NCBI RefSeq assembly: GCF_009834535.1
Contig: NC_045697.1
Span: forward strand, 58,220,001 to 58,284,000
DNA from: Camelus ferus
Lineage: Eukaryota
Reading direction: 5' to 3'
DNA: 64,000 nt
Positions 1 to 14,229 of the stretch are shown piece by piece; positions within the stretch are counted from its first letter, which is position 1, and each line of letters begins with the position of its first letter. The position numbers and the translations under genes were made by a program. The notes below the pieces were generated by a model. That model saw only the letters and a program-made list of their open reading frames with translations. It had not been told where the DNA came from and made no database searches.

Positions 1-854
1 CCTACCCATCCTTGTAGACTTAGCCTAAAAGAGGTCTCTTAGCTACCCTTTTGACTGTCCTCTAGCCTCAGGACTTTCCTTGACCCTCATTTAACCCTCT
101 CCATTTAAATTTAGCTGTTTCTATCACTAGGCATTTATAGCATGCAGCCCATCACCTCAATATTAGTGATTGTTTTTTTATCTACTTCCTCTAATAAACT
201 GAAATCCCCTTCAAATTCAAGGCTGCTTCCTAGGCATCTGTGAATCACCTGTATTGAGCATAATGCCTGTCAAATACTATGCATTCCATAATCCTTGTTT
301 ATTGATAAAGCAAATGAAGACAAAGAAAGTGAGAAATAGGAGGAAGAGGTCGGGGTGATATCAAAAAAAAGTAGAAAAGTAGAAAAGGAAATGAGGAAAG
401 AAAAGACTAAAATGGAGGTGTTTAAGTTCTCATTTGGGCTCGGATTCCTGTTTCATTGAATAATATATTATTTTGCTCTCAGATAATTCAGATGTCTAAA
501 AATAAGTGTCCATGGACTTTTATTAGAATAGAAATTTCTCCTAGTGCAGGTGTCCATCAGAATTCCAGGTTTTGGCATCAATTGTAACATAAATTAAACA
601 ATGCCTGCTCAACTAACCTGCTTTTCACTTTTTCATATGTATTTCAGAAAATATTTCATATCAAATAAGCATAAAGATTACAAATCAGATGCCATAAAGT
701 TCCAGGACATGGAAATGAAGAACAGAATTCCAAGCTAGCTGAGGTTACATGTAGCTTTCATGGATCAAAGAATAGAGCTCTGTTCCTTATCTTCTATGGA
801 GACTTTTACTCATTATTTCTTAAAAAAAAAAAAAAAAAACCCACAAGTGAGCTA

Positions 855-1317
855 CAAGCATACCTCTGAGACATTGTGGGTTTGGTTCCAGACCACTGCA
901 ATAAAGTAAATATTGCAATGAAGTGAGTCACACAAGTTTTTTGCTTTCCCAGTGCATATAAAAGTTATGTTTACACTATACCGTAGCCTATTAAGTGAAT
1001 AATAACATACTGAAAAAATGTACATACCTTAATTAAAAAATACTTTATTGCTAAAAAGTGAGTTGTAATCTTTTTGCAATAGTAACACTGAAGCTCACTG
1101 ATCACAGATCTTCATAACAAATTTAATAACGAAAGAGTTTAAAATATTGTGAGAATTACCAAAATGTGACATAGAGACAAAGGTGAGCAAATGCTGTTTG
1201 AAAAATGGCACCAATAGACTTGCTCAACACAGAGTTGCCACAAACAATTAGAAAAAAAAAAAATGCAGTATCTACGAAGTGCAATAAAGCTAAGCACAAT
1301 AAAACAAGGTACAACTG
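855..1317 (-). mobile_element. Tigger1-derived non-autonomous DNA transposon (TcMar-Tigger)
   Basis: Ends CAAGCATACCTC... and ...AAACAAGGTACAACTG resemble the Tigger1 TIR CAGGCATACCTCG. TA lies on both sides (853-854, 1318-1319). About 460 bp, so internally deleted. Confidence 0.88.
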
Positions 1318-2214
1318 TATTTCTCTGATTTTAAAGAGCCTAAGACATTGCTTATCAGTTTGTGGACAGCTCCTTATATATCCCCAGGTATTTTTAGAAA
1401 TCTGTAAGTTCTATACTAAAAAGGTATGTACTACACTTTGAGTTCTGTTAGACGGTTTTTGTGCCCATGTTTGCATTTGGATTCACAATTAAGCTGTCTC
1501 CAGTCAATCCTACTTTAGAAGTCACAGGCAAATAAAAACAAGACAGAGCCCAGCTTAACATGTAAACACTGTACTTGGCACCAAAGCCAAGTGAAGACCA
1601 AATGACATTAGAAAGTGCTAATGAACAAATGTATTCCACTTAATTTAAGGAGGAAAAAATGGTAGGAAATGTGAGGCCACAGAGGGCAACCAGAAGTTGA
1701 GTTGTGCCAAAAATCAAAGGAACAGCAACACAGTCATCACAATCAGTCACAATGGGAACAGCAATTTAGATTCAGCAAAACAATCTTGTCTGTCATATTA
1801 AATTAATGTCAATTTGAACTTTATTGGGTTTGCAGACATGCTTATATTTCATGTGTAAATTTTATTTTAGTTTTAAAGTTCCTTACGAGAGAAAAGCATG
1901 AAGAGTTTATCCCCCCTTTTAGGTGCGATATATAAACAACAGTATAATAAGACTCTGCACTGAGACTGGTAAGCCATGAGAATATTTTTTTCCTTTACAA
2001 AGAAATGCTGCATTAGAACAGAGTGCAGTGTTGGCATGTCATCTTTTCACTGAGAAGGATGAATGCCAAACTTCAGTGTTACATGCAGTTTTAGTATGAG
2101 TTTGATGAGGACTTGCTAAATACAAAGTACCCTCCTTTTACTCTCCCATGTTTTCTTTTTTTCCTGCTTAGCTTTAGTTATCACATTGTCTTACAACTAT
2201 TTCTTCATAAGAAA

Positions 2215-2870
2215 CACTTAGTGATTAAGACAGTGGGCCCTATGCATCAAAGTTGAAATCTTGACTGTGCTATTCAGTAACTGTGGTAGAAACTTGTCAG
2301 ATGTTCCCTAATCCATTTCCTTCTGTGAGCACATAAGACAACTAGACATTCCAGGTTTCTTTGTACTAAGTTGGAACCATGTGACTGGTATGGCCAATGG
2401 ATACACAATGTCTGTCATTTTGAGGGTTGGTCATAATCCCCCTTGAGCCATTCCTTACTCCCCTTGACCCCTCCATGATGACCTTGACAGCTAGGTGTTC
2501 TGGATGTTATGGCTGTAGTATTATAGTTGCAACATGGAAGAAACTTAGATCACTGGATCACCACTTTGAGGAGATTCCCTATACCATATGAGACTAGGAC
2601 ATGAGCAATAGACCCGACAGACCTTTATTCTGTTAAACTCTAACAATTCTGGTATTTCTTTGGTATGTAGCATGGCTTCAACTCTCCTGGTTAATAGAAT
2701 TATCACACAGCCCTGGGCAAGTTAACCTCAGTGATCAGCATTCACAGTTTCTCACCTGTAAAACTGGAGTAAAATACCTATTCTCATAAGAGTAAGGGTG
2801 AGAGTCAAATCTAATAATTTAGGTAAACCTCTAAGAAAATACTTGATGCTGGGTAAACATTATTAAGAGT
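2215..2870 (+). mobile_element. MIR SINE interrupted by an old MLT1 LTR (~2282-2698)
   Basis: The MIR core (gttgaaatcttgactgtgct... / ctgggcaagttaacctc...cagtttctcacctgtaaaactgg) is separated by a tgtggtag...ggttaatag MaLR-like LTR. Confidence 0.7.
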
Positions 2871-4159
2871 GTCTCCCTCCTCCTCTAGTTCCTCAAACTC
2901 TGTGCCTTTGTCTCATTGACCTTTATTTCCAACCTCTTTTTTGTAGTGTTTGACACACAGTGGGTTCTAAATAAATGTTTGCTTCACTGATGAATCTAAT
3001 ACCCCCACAAAATTGAAAGTTGCCATCAAGATCATCTTTGGGCTGTGTGCTATTTATATCTATGCTCTGACTTCATAACAAGTATTAAGAATTCACTGCA
3101 GCAACATACAAGCAATTTTTTTTTGTAATTTCTTATCTTTTCCCCTGAATCTTCTTTTTCTCCATTGTTCTCTCCTCTCAAGCATTTAAAATGCTGATCT
3201 ACATTTGAGAAAAGTCATTAACGAGAGTTGATTTAATTTAAATATAATATCTTCATTTAAATTAAGTACCTTTGTGTAGACTAGTTCTACCTGTCATCTA
3301 TAGGATTATTCTCAAAATATAGGATAAATACAAAATTGAAATTTCATGTATCTATAAGCTAAATAATTCTAATGAATCTCATTATTAATCAGTTGGTATG
3401 GAGAAAGATGAGCTGATGAGGATTAACATTTCCTATGCCTCATCCTCACAGTCCTATGACATGCTTTTCTGTCCAACAGCTAAAATGAGATGCAGTCAGC
3501 TCTTCACTATGCATGGATGCATCTTCCCGTCAGCTGTCGCTGCTGCTCTCCTTTGGGAACTGCTCTTTCGCTTATTTACGTATTAGTACCTACATTAGGT
3601 GCTTAGGGACGAAATTCAAAGTTACTCCATTAGCATCTCTAGCAAATGACTTCATCAAAAAGGAAACTGAATTATTAAATAAAGATATTAATTCATGTGT
3701 CTGTGGATTTCAAATATGCATACCACCATCCTAGTTTCCATAGCAAGTTGAATTGAAACTATCAGATGAACAATCTGAGATGGAAGGAGAGGGGGACATG
3801 CAAATTAACAGGATAACAATATTTTGCTGAATTGTTCGGGAAAGAATCACAAATACTGCAGCATGTGCTGTGGGAAGGAACTGCCCGAGCAAGGAAAGGA
3901 CAGAAAAATTTTTAAATGTCGAGCTTTACATTGTCGAATTTACCAATAAACCCATAAATCCACAAAGCATACAATTCTGGGAGACATCTTTTAATAAACA
4001 ATTCTAGGTCTTTTTGATAGTAGAGGCAAGTAGACTGCTGAATAAGACTAAATAATTTCCACTTGCAATCATAATTGGACAATGATAAAAGTATACTGCA
4101 AATATAACTTCCTATTCTGCAGAAAATTTTTAAAAAGTAAACTAATATTTGAAAATTGA

Positions 4160-4325
4160 ACAAGTATAGTTAATAATACTGTAGTGTATATTTTAAAGTA
4201 AATCTTAAAAGTCCTCAACGCAAGAAAAAAATTATTTTGTAGCTATGTTTGGTCACAAATGTTAACCAGATTTACTGTGTGATCATTTTTACAATATATA
4301 CAAATATCAAAAAATAAAGCAAAAT
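4160..4325 (+). mobile_element. L1 3'-end fragment (L1MA-like)
   Basis: tatagttaataatactgta...aaatcttaaaagtcctca...gatcatttttacaatatatacaaatatcaaaaaataaa. Confidence 0.75.
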
Positions 4326-4680
4326 ACATGACAAATAGCATTTACTAATTTAAAAATTAAATAAGTAGAAGAGATGATGAAGGGTTCTATAAATGGTCAG
4401 ATTACATACAATTTTACATGTTCTCTTTAAAAACCACCTCTTAAAATGCTCTTTTCCTCAAACCATTCTAATTTTAACTTGAAAGTTCATATGAAGAAAT
4501 TGTCAGTGATATGAACAGAAGTATTTTTTGTGTGTTTGTAAGACTACACTCTATGAATCTATTATAGTGCACTTTTCAGGGAAGCATTCAGATAATCAAA
4601 GACAATCTTCGATTATATTTCTTTTTGCTAATATTAATCTACCATACTGGGCACTGGGGAGGAGATGTGTGGGAAAAAAT

Positions 4681-4742
4681 AGGTATGTAGGTAGGTAGGT
4701 AGGTAGGTAGGTAGGTAGATAGATAGACAGACAGACAGACAT
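4681..4742. repeat. Compound microsatellite (AGGT)n(AGAT)n(AGAC)n
   Basis: Directly visible tetranucleotide runs. Confidence 0.95.
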
Positions 4743-7127
4743 AGGGATACTCCAATCTAGTAAACTTAGTCTTATCCAATAACATAAAGAGTCACTTTGG
4801 ATAACTTGGGTTTTTTTTTTCTTGATAAATTTTTAATCTTTGAAGTTTCCTTTCCATCTCTATATTACTATCAGATGGCATCTGCAGCATATACAGAAAG
4901 TAGGACCTTAAATATCTTTCTATGTAGGGAGTGCATGCACCACATCTACATGGATGAGACCTTGTCCATTACTCTGGCTTCTCTGATTCCCATGATGATG
5001 CCTCTTGTCACCTGGACATTAGGTGTGGGGCTGGCTTTTAATGCTGAAATCTGAGGCTGGTTAACAAGAGGGACACGTGGTTGTCAGCACCCCTCACGCC
5101 CCTTGATTCAGTACTTGTTGCCACAATTTGAGTCCTGGCTATAAGTTTTTTTTTTTTCCCCCAAGCCAAACTGGTCATCCCTGAAGGCCTCAAGAGCAGG
5201 ATTACTCCCCACCTGTTAGTGATTCCCTTGGGCTGGCTACCCACTCAGACGCAGTGATTGCCTCAACTCTCCTTGGGGTGGAGACGAATCTCCAAGTTCC
5301 TTCACACTTGGTGGAATCTAAGGGGGGCTTAGGAATCCTATGTCTGCCCGATAGCTGGCTACCTCCAAGGCTCCAGCCTTTATCGGAAAACACTGAGAGC
5401 TGGTCTCTTCCCCACATGGGCCCAGAGCAGAAGGACCATGACAAAAAAGTCTCACGGGGTGCTTCTTCTCTCTATCCAATTCTTCCTACAATTAGAAGGT
5501 TGAATATTGCTGGTTTTTTGCTCTGTCTTCCCCCCTGGCCAAGCCCTGCCCTTCCTTCTGGTGGTGGCACATACCTACACTTCTTCTGGGGGCATTATAG
5601 CCTGTGACAGGCAGAACTCTTTTCCACAGTCCAACTTCCTAAGAAAGTAAATTACCCTTAAAAAAATACTTTCAAAGTATTGAACTACTCATATTTTATC
5701 ACCTATACATAAATTGTATCTTTTCAAAGAATTCTCTGGATGTATTGTCATTCCTTTTTCAGCTCTCTCTCTCTCTCGCCTCTCAAATATCAGGCCAAAA
5801 CCACTGTTAAAAGTTGGAGTAGATACACAGAACTAACAAAACCTTTTATTAATAATAAAATCTTTTATTAATTAAACCTTTTTCCTTACCTAATAACCTG
5901 ACACTCACCACTGTAAGAATCCTGAAGTAAACAAATTTAACTGGAATGCCATGTAGTACAAGGTATACTAAATGAAAATACAACATCCTATAGGAACAGA
6001 ACACTATTACAGACATTACATCCCATTTGATTCTCATGCAAAATTCTCTTGGAGGTTGATGCTTTCTTTTCCCTGTTTTCACTGATGATCAAATCAGATC
6101 AAGTTTTAGTTCATTTAAAAAAAAAAACTATCAAGTGGTAGGTAAACAGCTACTGTACAATTTTGTGATGTTTTCTGCCACATGATTTGGGAGATATGAA
6201 GAGGACAGTTATAAACATACAGCGATTTTTGAGATTAACATTTAATGAATGACAAGTGCAAGTAAGAACTCTAGCAGCATTTCTGCTTAGATGCTTGCTA
6301 GGCACATTTGTATCTCGTCCTTCCAGTTACACGGTGGACTAATCCAGCTCTAGAAGTTTACAGACTTGGAGGAAAAGAACTCTAAAATTAAGTAATTTCT
6401 ATCAAGATACCAGGAGAATGAAATAAGATTTGTCAATACAGAATAATTTCTTTCTATTCTTAAACTGTTTTGTTAAGATTACATGGCATTTTCAATGTGA
6501 AGACAAGAAACATGGAATTCAGCACTACCTATGTCCCGCCTCCCACCCTCTGTGAATACTGTTTTACTTAATAGAAGCTGAGAGGTAGGAACAAGTGGAC
6601 CCTTAGGGATGCAGAGGATCTTAAAACCCTACCAAGCACCAATACTTGTCATTCTACAACATTCCTAACAATGTCCAGCAAAATTCTAGAGTGCATTTAG
6701 TCATCCCAACCACAGAAAAATCTACCTTCAGTTTTTATTTGATTTCTTTAATGATTCCAAAGAAGTAACTCATCAATGCCTGTTCTATTTGATAACACAA
6801 TCAAAATACTCTGTGAACTGGACCATCCTATTGGCCAACTGTTCTGGATAAGCATGAATCTACTCTGTCTAAAAATACTTAAATGTTTGACACTATGTAA
6901 AAAATTGGTGATGCTTGATTTTTCTATGTCAGTATGTTTGACATAGACTGTACGTGTCTAATTGAGCTATCTCAAAAATAAAGGCACAAATTGATAGCTA
7001 CTATGGCATAAAAATCCTGAGTTACATGTCATGCATTTTTTAAGGTCACAATCAATTTGTTTTAAAAGAAAAATAAATTCAGATATATGACAGTTTCACA
7101 GTTGATTAAAGAAATGTTTTGATTTTA

Positions 7128-7760
7128 ATTCTTCATTCAACCAAATATACTGAGCACTTACTATGTCCCAAAGAATTCAGTGGCAAACAACCAACTTACT
7201 CACTACTCTCATGCCGTTTATAATGTGATGCAAATCACGGATAACAACAAGCAAACAAATAAATAATCTCACATGATGATAAATCATATGAAGAAAGTAA
7301 AACTAGTTGATGAAGTAGAGAATGGTAGAATGGGCCCACAATGGGCCAGCGGTAAAAAGTCTAATTTAACTTATGATGTCAGAGAAGTTCTAATTGAAAA
7401 GGGAAGATGTGTGCTAAGACCTATGCGTCTAAGGAAGCAGCCATGAAATCTGGGACCACAGCATATCAGGCTGGAGAAATGGTACTCCCAGCAGGAATGA
7501 ACCTAGCATATTCCAAGAATTAAAAATAAGGCAATGTGTTTAAGGAACAGGAATTGCAGGGTTGAGTAGAAGAAAATGTGTCAGTGAATTGGGCAGTAGC
7601 CAAAACATATAGATCCTGTAGGCTATGGTCAAGGAGATTAAATTCTATTCTAAAGGCATTAAAGGGCAATTGGATAGTTTTAAGTAGGGGATTGTCATAA
7701 TCTTATTTAAGCTTTTAAAATATGGCTGCTCTATAGAGAATGGATTGAAAGAGACCCATT
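7128..7760 (-). mobile_element. L2 LINE 3' fragment
   Basis: ttcattcaaccaaatatactgagcacttactatgt is the reverse of the L2 3' end, followed by a purine-rich L2 body. Confidence 0.75.
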
Positions 7761-8949
7761 TTAGCCATAAATTTTAAAAGAATAACTAGGGTAACAAAAT
7801 TTCCTGTAACTGGTATGTTGGAATACCTGATTCATGAGATGAGATCAACACACAGATTTATTTCTCTCTCTGACCCTTTAAAACTCATTCACTGGGGTAA
7901 TCTCCCTCCATGGATGCACATTTAGTCAGATTCCAAGAATTTCTGCTTCATCTTAGTCAATAAGCAATTCTCTCTCATTGCAATATGACTCAGCTATGAC
8001 TCAAAAGCTTTACTCTCCATTCACAATTAGAACTGTTCAACACTTTCTGAACTAAGATTTATAACAGACCCTTCCTGCCTTTGACAAAAGGGGTGAGGTC
8101 AGCATCTCCATTCTCTCCCTGCTCTACTGCTCCACTTCTTCCTAACCACTGCTCCGGACCTTGGTTAAAGTTGAAGGAAGCATGGAAGGGAGGATGGTGG
8201 GAGGCTAAAGGGGAGGGGAAGAAAAGGTAAAGGATGGAAAAGGCAATTCTTACTTCATCCTCATCACATGTATGAGTGGCTTTATGCTCTCTCGGCTTGG
8301 TGGATGTTTAAAGCTAATGCCTTCTCTTGTGGGGTTTTTAGGTCCTCAGAGAGTCCCATGTTTAGGGGCTCTTCTCCTGCCAATTCTGTGACCTGGGTGC
8401 AGGTGTCCCTACTCTATTTCTGGACGACTGTTTGTGGCTCCTTCTTGAGCCCCTAGGAACATGTTTTCACCTCCAGCAATGAAAGTTTCTGAGAATGTAA
8501 GTCATTCCCACAGCTACGATTTTTATCCTGCTGCCCAGGAGACTGGATTTCCCAGGCTGACTCAGCTCCAGATTTATATAGTCTCTAAGACTCAGACTGG
8601 TCTTATTTGAGTCCACTCTCTAGGTTTGAAAGGGGTGTATGAAGTGAGAGGCCAGGTGGCCAGTAGAGCAACAAATTTCCCCAAAGAAAACTTCACCAAG
8701 TCTTCTTGCTTCCATACAATAGGACCCTTTTGGTATCCTTAATATGGCCAACAGATCCAAGATGTCCATTTCTTTTTGTAAATTCTGTGTACGACATATA
8801 CTTAGGAGTCTGATGTGCATCATTATTGACATTTCATTTAAAATAAAGCAGGAAGGATGCTTTTATTACATACCCAACTTTTTCCTAAGAAACTTACTTT
8901 CAATAACATTTTGTTTGACTGTTATGAACTTTGTCATGTTCTGCTTCCA

Positions 8950-9425
8950 GTATTTCATCAGGAAACATAAATATGTTCACATTTTGGGCAAAGGATGCAG
9001 CTGTGAAAAAAAAGGCAGGCAAGTTCCTTATTCTAATAAAGCATACTTCTTAGCAGGGAAAACAGACTCGATTTGAGTAAATAAATAAATATGCAGAATA
9101 ATTTAAGATTACTTACAGGCCCTGATAGAAATAAACAATGTACTGTGATAGAGAAAAATAGACCACAGATGAGAATGGGTAGTGGGGACTCCCACTGCAG
9201 TGGGATGGCCAAAGACAGATTCCCTTAGGAGGTAAAAATAGAAGTTAAGACTTGAAGGACGAGGAAATGCAGGTCATGGGAGAAGCAGGAAATCAGTTTT
9301 CCAGGTCCAGTGGAACAGGAAATAGGAAGACCTCAAGACAAGAAAAGTCTTGAAGAGATCAGGGAACTAGAAGGCCAATGTTTCCAAAACAAAATAGCAA
9401 GGAGATTAGTTCAGGATGAGATAGG
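8950..9425 (-). mobile_element. L2 LINE fragment
   Basis: gatgcagctgtgaaaaaaaaggcaggcaagttcctt...gttaagacttgaaggacgagg, typical of L2 on the reverse strand. Confidence 0.6.
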
Positions 9426-10373
9426 ATTCTAGACACTTTGCCAGTACAAATTATTTGGAAGGTATGTAACATTCCTTTATGAGATCTAGATCGACAGTGT
9501 GTCTCCTGTGATACTTACATTAATACATATAAAATACATTAATTTCAATAGGAGAGCTAATTAGTGTCTAGCTTGATTTGTCAATGATCATTTAAATTAA
9601 GCCTTAAAAGAAATAGATCCCCTTTTAGGAATATGATTCAATTCTTTGCTGAACAAAGAAACTCTAAAAACCCTCAGGGTGTAGAACTCTTTCTCTAATG
9701 CAGTGTGCTGGAGGAAGACAACCCACTGTGCTCAGAGTGAGTTTAACTGCCAAAACTCTGAAACAAAAAACTTTGCAATTTGCTGAAGCAAAGATACTGC
9801 TATGAGAATTTCAGATGGAAAAACTGCATAGCTCACTGTCTAAAGCAGTTAAAAACAGACTTCCAAAGACTCTGCACATTATTCAAACAAATAGTCATAT
9901 ACAATGCTTATAAAGTAAAATCTACCTGGGAGAATTAGATTTTTAAAGACAATGCCTCAAACTAAGAAAGATCCCAATGCATATTAAGTTTCACTGTAAA
10001 ACTGAATCCCAGCTTAAGTTTGCAAATATTTTGGAACTGAGCCTAGAGCAAGATCCACATGAGCCCCAAGGTGGAGATTCACACATCTCCTTAAATTTCT
10101 TTTTGACTAGAGCAACTGCTCTTCTGGGCCAAATTTTCTGGACAAGAGGAAGGCATCTTGAGCATCAATGCACCTCTTTTTTACTCAGGCAAAATTATTC
10201 ACTTCCTAAGCTCAGCTCTCTTGACATTTGTAAGTATCTGTTAACTTTGCTTCTCCTATTGCAGTCTAGTTAGTTAACCTTGTTTCTGTCCCTCACCTCC
10301 ACTTTCTTCATTTTCCATCTCTACCACAAGGTTATGTACTCATATTTTTAGGCTTTTTGTATTTGAAACTCAG

Positions 10374-10910
10374 TGTGATGGTTAAATGTCTGTGTCAACT
10401 TGACTAGGCTACAGCGCCCAGATGTTTGGTCAAATGCCAGTCTTGATGTTGCTGTGAAGGTAATTTTTTAGATATGATTACCATTTAAATCAGTAGACTT
10501 TGACTAAAGCAGATTACCTTCCATAATCTGTGTGAATCTCATCCCATCAGTTGAAGGCCTTAAGAAAAAAAAGACTGAGGTCCTTCAAACAGGAAGGAAG
10601 CCTGAGTCCAGCCTGTCTTCAGACTGGAGCTGAAACATCAACTCTTTCCTGGGTCTCCAGCGTGCCAGGATGCCAAAAATATTTCAGACTTGCTAGAGTT
10701 CACAATTGCATGAGACACTTCCTTAAAATCTCTCTTGATAGAAAGATGGATGGGTGGATGAGTGGATGGATGGATGGATAGATATAGAGACAGAGACAGC
10801 TACAGATAGATATAGATACAGATACAGATATGCATATAAACACACATTAATGTGTGTGTGTGTGTGTGTCCTATTGGTTCTGTTTTTCTGGAGAATTCTT
10901 GGTTAATATA
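10374..10910 (+). mobile_element. MLT2 (ERVL) solo LTR with internal (GGAT)n/(GATA)n/(TG)n repeats
   Basis: TGTGATGGTTAAATGTCTGTGTCAACTTGACTAGGC ... CCTATTGGTTCTGTTTTTCTGGAGAA, the MLT2 termini. Confidence 0.88.
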
Positions 10911-12249
10911 TACAGTGAACTTTTATCTAATGAATAAATAAATGAATGAATGAATAAGTCAGTAAGTCAGTCATCAATCTAATAAGCTACAGAGAATGTG
11001 AGTTGAAAGCAGTTAATAATAAAGGGGGATTTCCCATGTAAACATTTGTAATTTCACATTTCTCCAAACTCCATTTGCAATTTCAGATTTCTCTAAATCA
11101 AAAAACTTTACAAACTATGATTTGTTGGGCCTAAAAATTAAACTCTGATTTTTGTGCTTTGTTTTTTTAACTGAGCTCCGTGGAGCCCCAGATTCCTTTG
11201 TTGTGTTTGTGTTGGGGAGAGGTGGGAGGATTTAGGAGAGACGGGGTTTCATCATCAGAGGAACCAAGCCAAGGGGCAGGTCTCAGCTGGTTGGGAAGAG
11301 GCCAGTATGAACAGCATAATCCTCTGACAGCCCCCAGGTTTTACTTTTACACACTTCCTCTACTTTTATAGTTTTAATAACTATCCTGTCAACATATTAC
11401 TTTTGAAAGTGCTGATATGTGGCACTTTGGGGAAAGGTGCTCTGGAGAACAGCAAATCAGTTCTACTTTTATCTGTCATTCAGATTGGATGTGACTGGGA
11501 TAAACTTTTGCTGTATCTATGTTTTACTATATTTCCTCTTTCCTCTGTCCCCTTAGGGTCATAGTACTTAGTAAAAGTGTCGGAGCAGGTGGCAGTAGTG
11601 GCAGAAGCCCCAGTATCTCTAGGTAGTGTTCTCAACTGAGCCAGCTTGAGACCTATCTGAATCGAGACTGTGACTAATGATACCCCAGGGAAGGAAGGAT
11701 TCCATTTGCTTTAAAAATACTTTATACTACTAAACTAGAATATCAATAATGTCTAGATATATACTTTCATTTCAGAGAATTATTTATCACTTAAAATCAT
11801 CCTAACTAGAAGAAAATCTAGTTCAAAATGGTAATCTGTTTATATATACATTTGTTCCCTAATTTGTTTGAGTTGATCTTAGCAAGCAGCACCTTGTTAA
11901 CTCATTAACTATATATACATTTTACATTTAATTTGAAAAATAATGTGAGGATGGATGCATTCCACCATAGATTGGGAAACAATTTTATGTAAGTTAAACG
12001 TATTTTTGTCTTGTAATTCACAATAGCAGCATACATGTTTAAATTTTTATAACTCAAATAGTCGATGGTAATGGCCAGTTCATGATAGAATTATTTATTA
12101 ACTTCTTATTTTCTGAGTGAAATTTTTAAAATAAAAGATATAAAGTTAGGGACCCAAAACCATTTGTAATAATGGTGATGGTTTTTAAAAATTTTTGTTT
12201 TAACATTCTTAATTATTTACTTTATAACAATGATCTTTTATAACCACAT

Positions 12250-13400
12250 TTCTCATATTAAATTTTTATTTAATATTTACAATAGTAGAAATCCATTCTC
12301 CGTAAACATTCAAGCTATGCATAATGCAGGTAGCTGCTCTAGAATTCCTAACTTTAAATCTCCTCTCCACCTACTTTCTAAAAAATATAAACAGGTTGAT
12401 GTATTTCCTTCCATAACACTAATACATACACACACACTTAAGACATTTTGTTTCTGTAATCCTACTTTTCAATTATTCTCAAATTGTTTGCTTTTTTAAA
12501 TTTACAGTGTAGCAGGTCAATAGATACAGAGCTACCTCTTTTTTGGTAGTAGGTTCACAATATTATGCAATATCTTTACATGACACTAATGATTCCTGTC
12601 TCGGTAAGCACTGATAGACGTCCAATTATTTGCCAGTATCTTTTCCGGAAACCAATGTTGCAATATATTTCTATATGTCTATTTATCACCATATACGTGT
12701 ATATATGTATATATATGCTTATGTGTATATGTATACATATACATCTTTCTCTCTCTTAGTCTAACATGTATCCATATTTGTTCTTACTTCTATGTGATAG
12801 GTCTCCAAAAGTAGAGTTTCTAGGGAAAATGGTAGGTGTTAGCTCTTTTTTTTTTTTTTTAAATGTTAAAGGTAGAGGCAATTTATATTTCATAAAAGCT
12901 ATAGCAATTATTATTGCTATTAGCAATGTGCGAGTGTCAATTATTCAGTCACCAGAATCAGAGGCTGTAGTTTTGTTTTGTTTTTCAAAATGACGTGTAA
13001 AATAAAATAAAATAAATCTCATTAATATAGACATTAATCAAAAATATTTTACATTCCTGTCACACCCTTTTTGGCTATTAGGTTGCCCACTAATTTCAAT
13101 TGATTACTGAAATATTTTGCCAGTTTAGGAAGGGACTGGCCTTTTTCTTATCACTTTGAGATATTCTCTGTACTAGGGATATGAATCCTCTAGTTGTCAT
13201 ATACATTTAAAATATTTATTCTGTTTCTTGTTATGTAACACTTTGTGGTTTCTGATACCAAAATAAAATAACGTTAAAAAAATGATAAAATTAGTTCTAA
13301 ATAGCTAATGATGTCTACCTTCCCTAAACTGCTTTTGATTTTTCTATATTGATTCCTGTCACTCACCAAAGTCATACAAATTTCCCTCTAAAACTCCTAG
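12250..13400 (-). mobile_element. Degraded old L1 fragments
   Basis: T-rich sequence with L1 reverse motifs (agagtttctagggaaaatggta, ctagggatatgaatcct). Confidence 0.5.
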
Positions 13401-14229
13401 AGCTTGATAAAGATATTTAATAAATATATTTAAACCTTTAGTTCAATGAATGCAAAACACCTGACTTTAAAATTATAAATTTTAATGTTAACTCATTTTA
13501 TTGTCAATAAAAAGTATTAAATTGATTAAAAATTTTAAAAATTATAATCTATTTTGACTCTAGAGCTAACTCCAACTTAAAGTTTCAATGATAGATTACA
13601 GATCAGACTTTAGTATTCCATATTTGAAAATAACATTTACTGCATTATTTACTAGCAGGGACTAAGAACATGTGGGATGTTAAGGTATTCCTTATGCTTG
13701 AATAAGTCTGAAGTATTGGTAAGTGAGCTACAAGTAAAGTAGAGCATTATGTTTAAAGCTGTTTTGGAAATCAGAGCAAATAGACATGAAAATAGATACA
13801 ATCTTCCCATCATTCAGTGTTAAGGAAAATTCCACCTATTACCGGCCTTTTCCTTCTGGAGCTACATTACAGAGCAGGAAACACTCAATCTTTTGAATCA
13901 CCCTTTTTCAGAGAAGCTTATCAACTCCTCCCTATCACAGATACTTCTGACCCCTGTGTTCTTCCAAGATTTCTTTTTTTATGCACTATCTCCTGCATTT
14001 GTTTTTGGCTTTTTTAGCAGCTTAATATGGCTCAACCTACTTCACTTTCTGCTATCTCTGGTCCATTCTCAAATACTATTCAACTTCTATAGGAAGGTAA
14101 ATTTGAAAACAGCCAGGTTCACCACATCACCCCATTTTCCCATTCAATGCAGATAAAATTGTGGAAGTTAAGAAAATGGTAGCTATTGTATAATTTTAAA
14201 GTGGATAGAATAAAGGATTTTCTAATCTG

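Noticed and set aside
1576..1591. NFI site TTGGC..GCCAA
   Set aside because: The spacer is 6 nt rather than the canonical 5.
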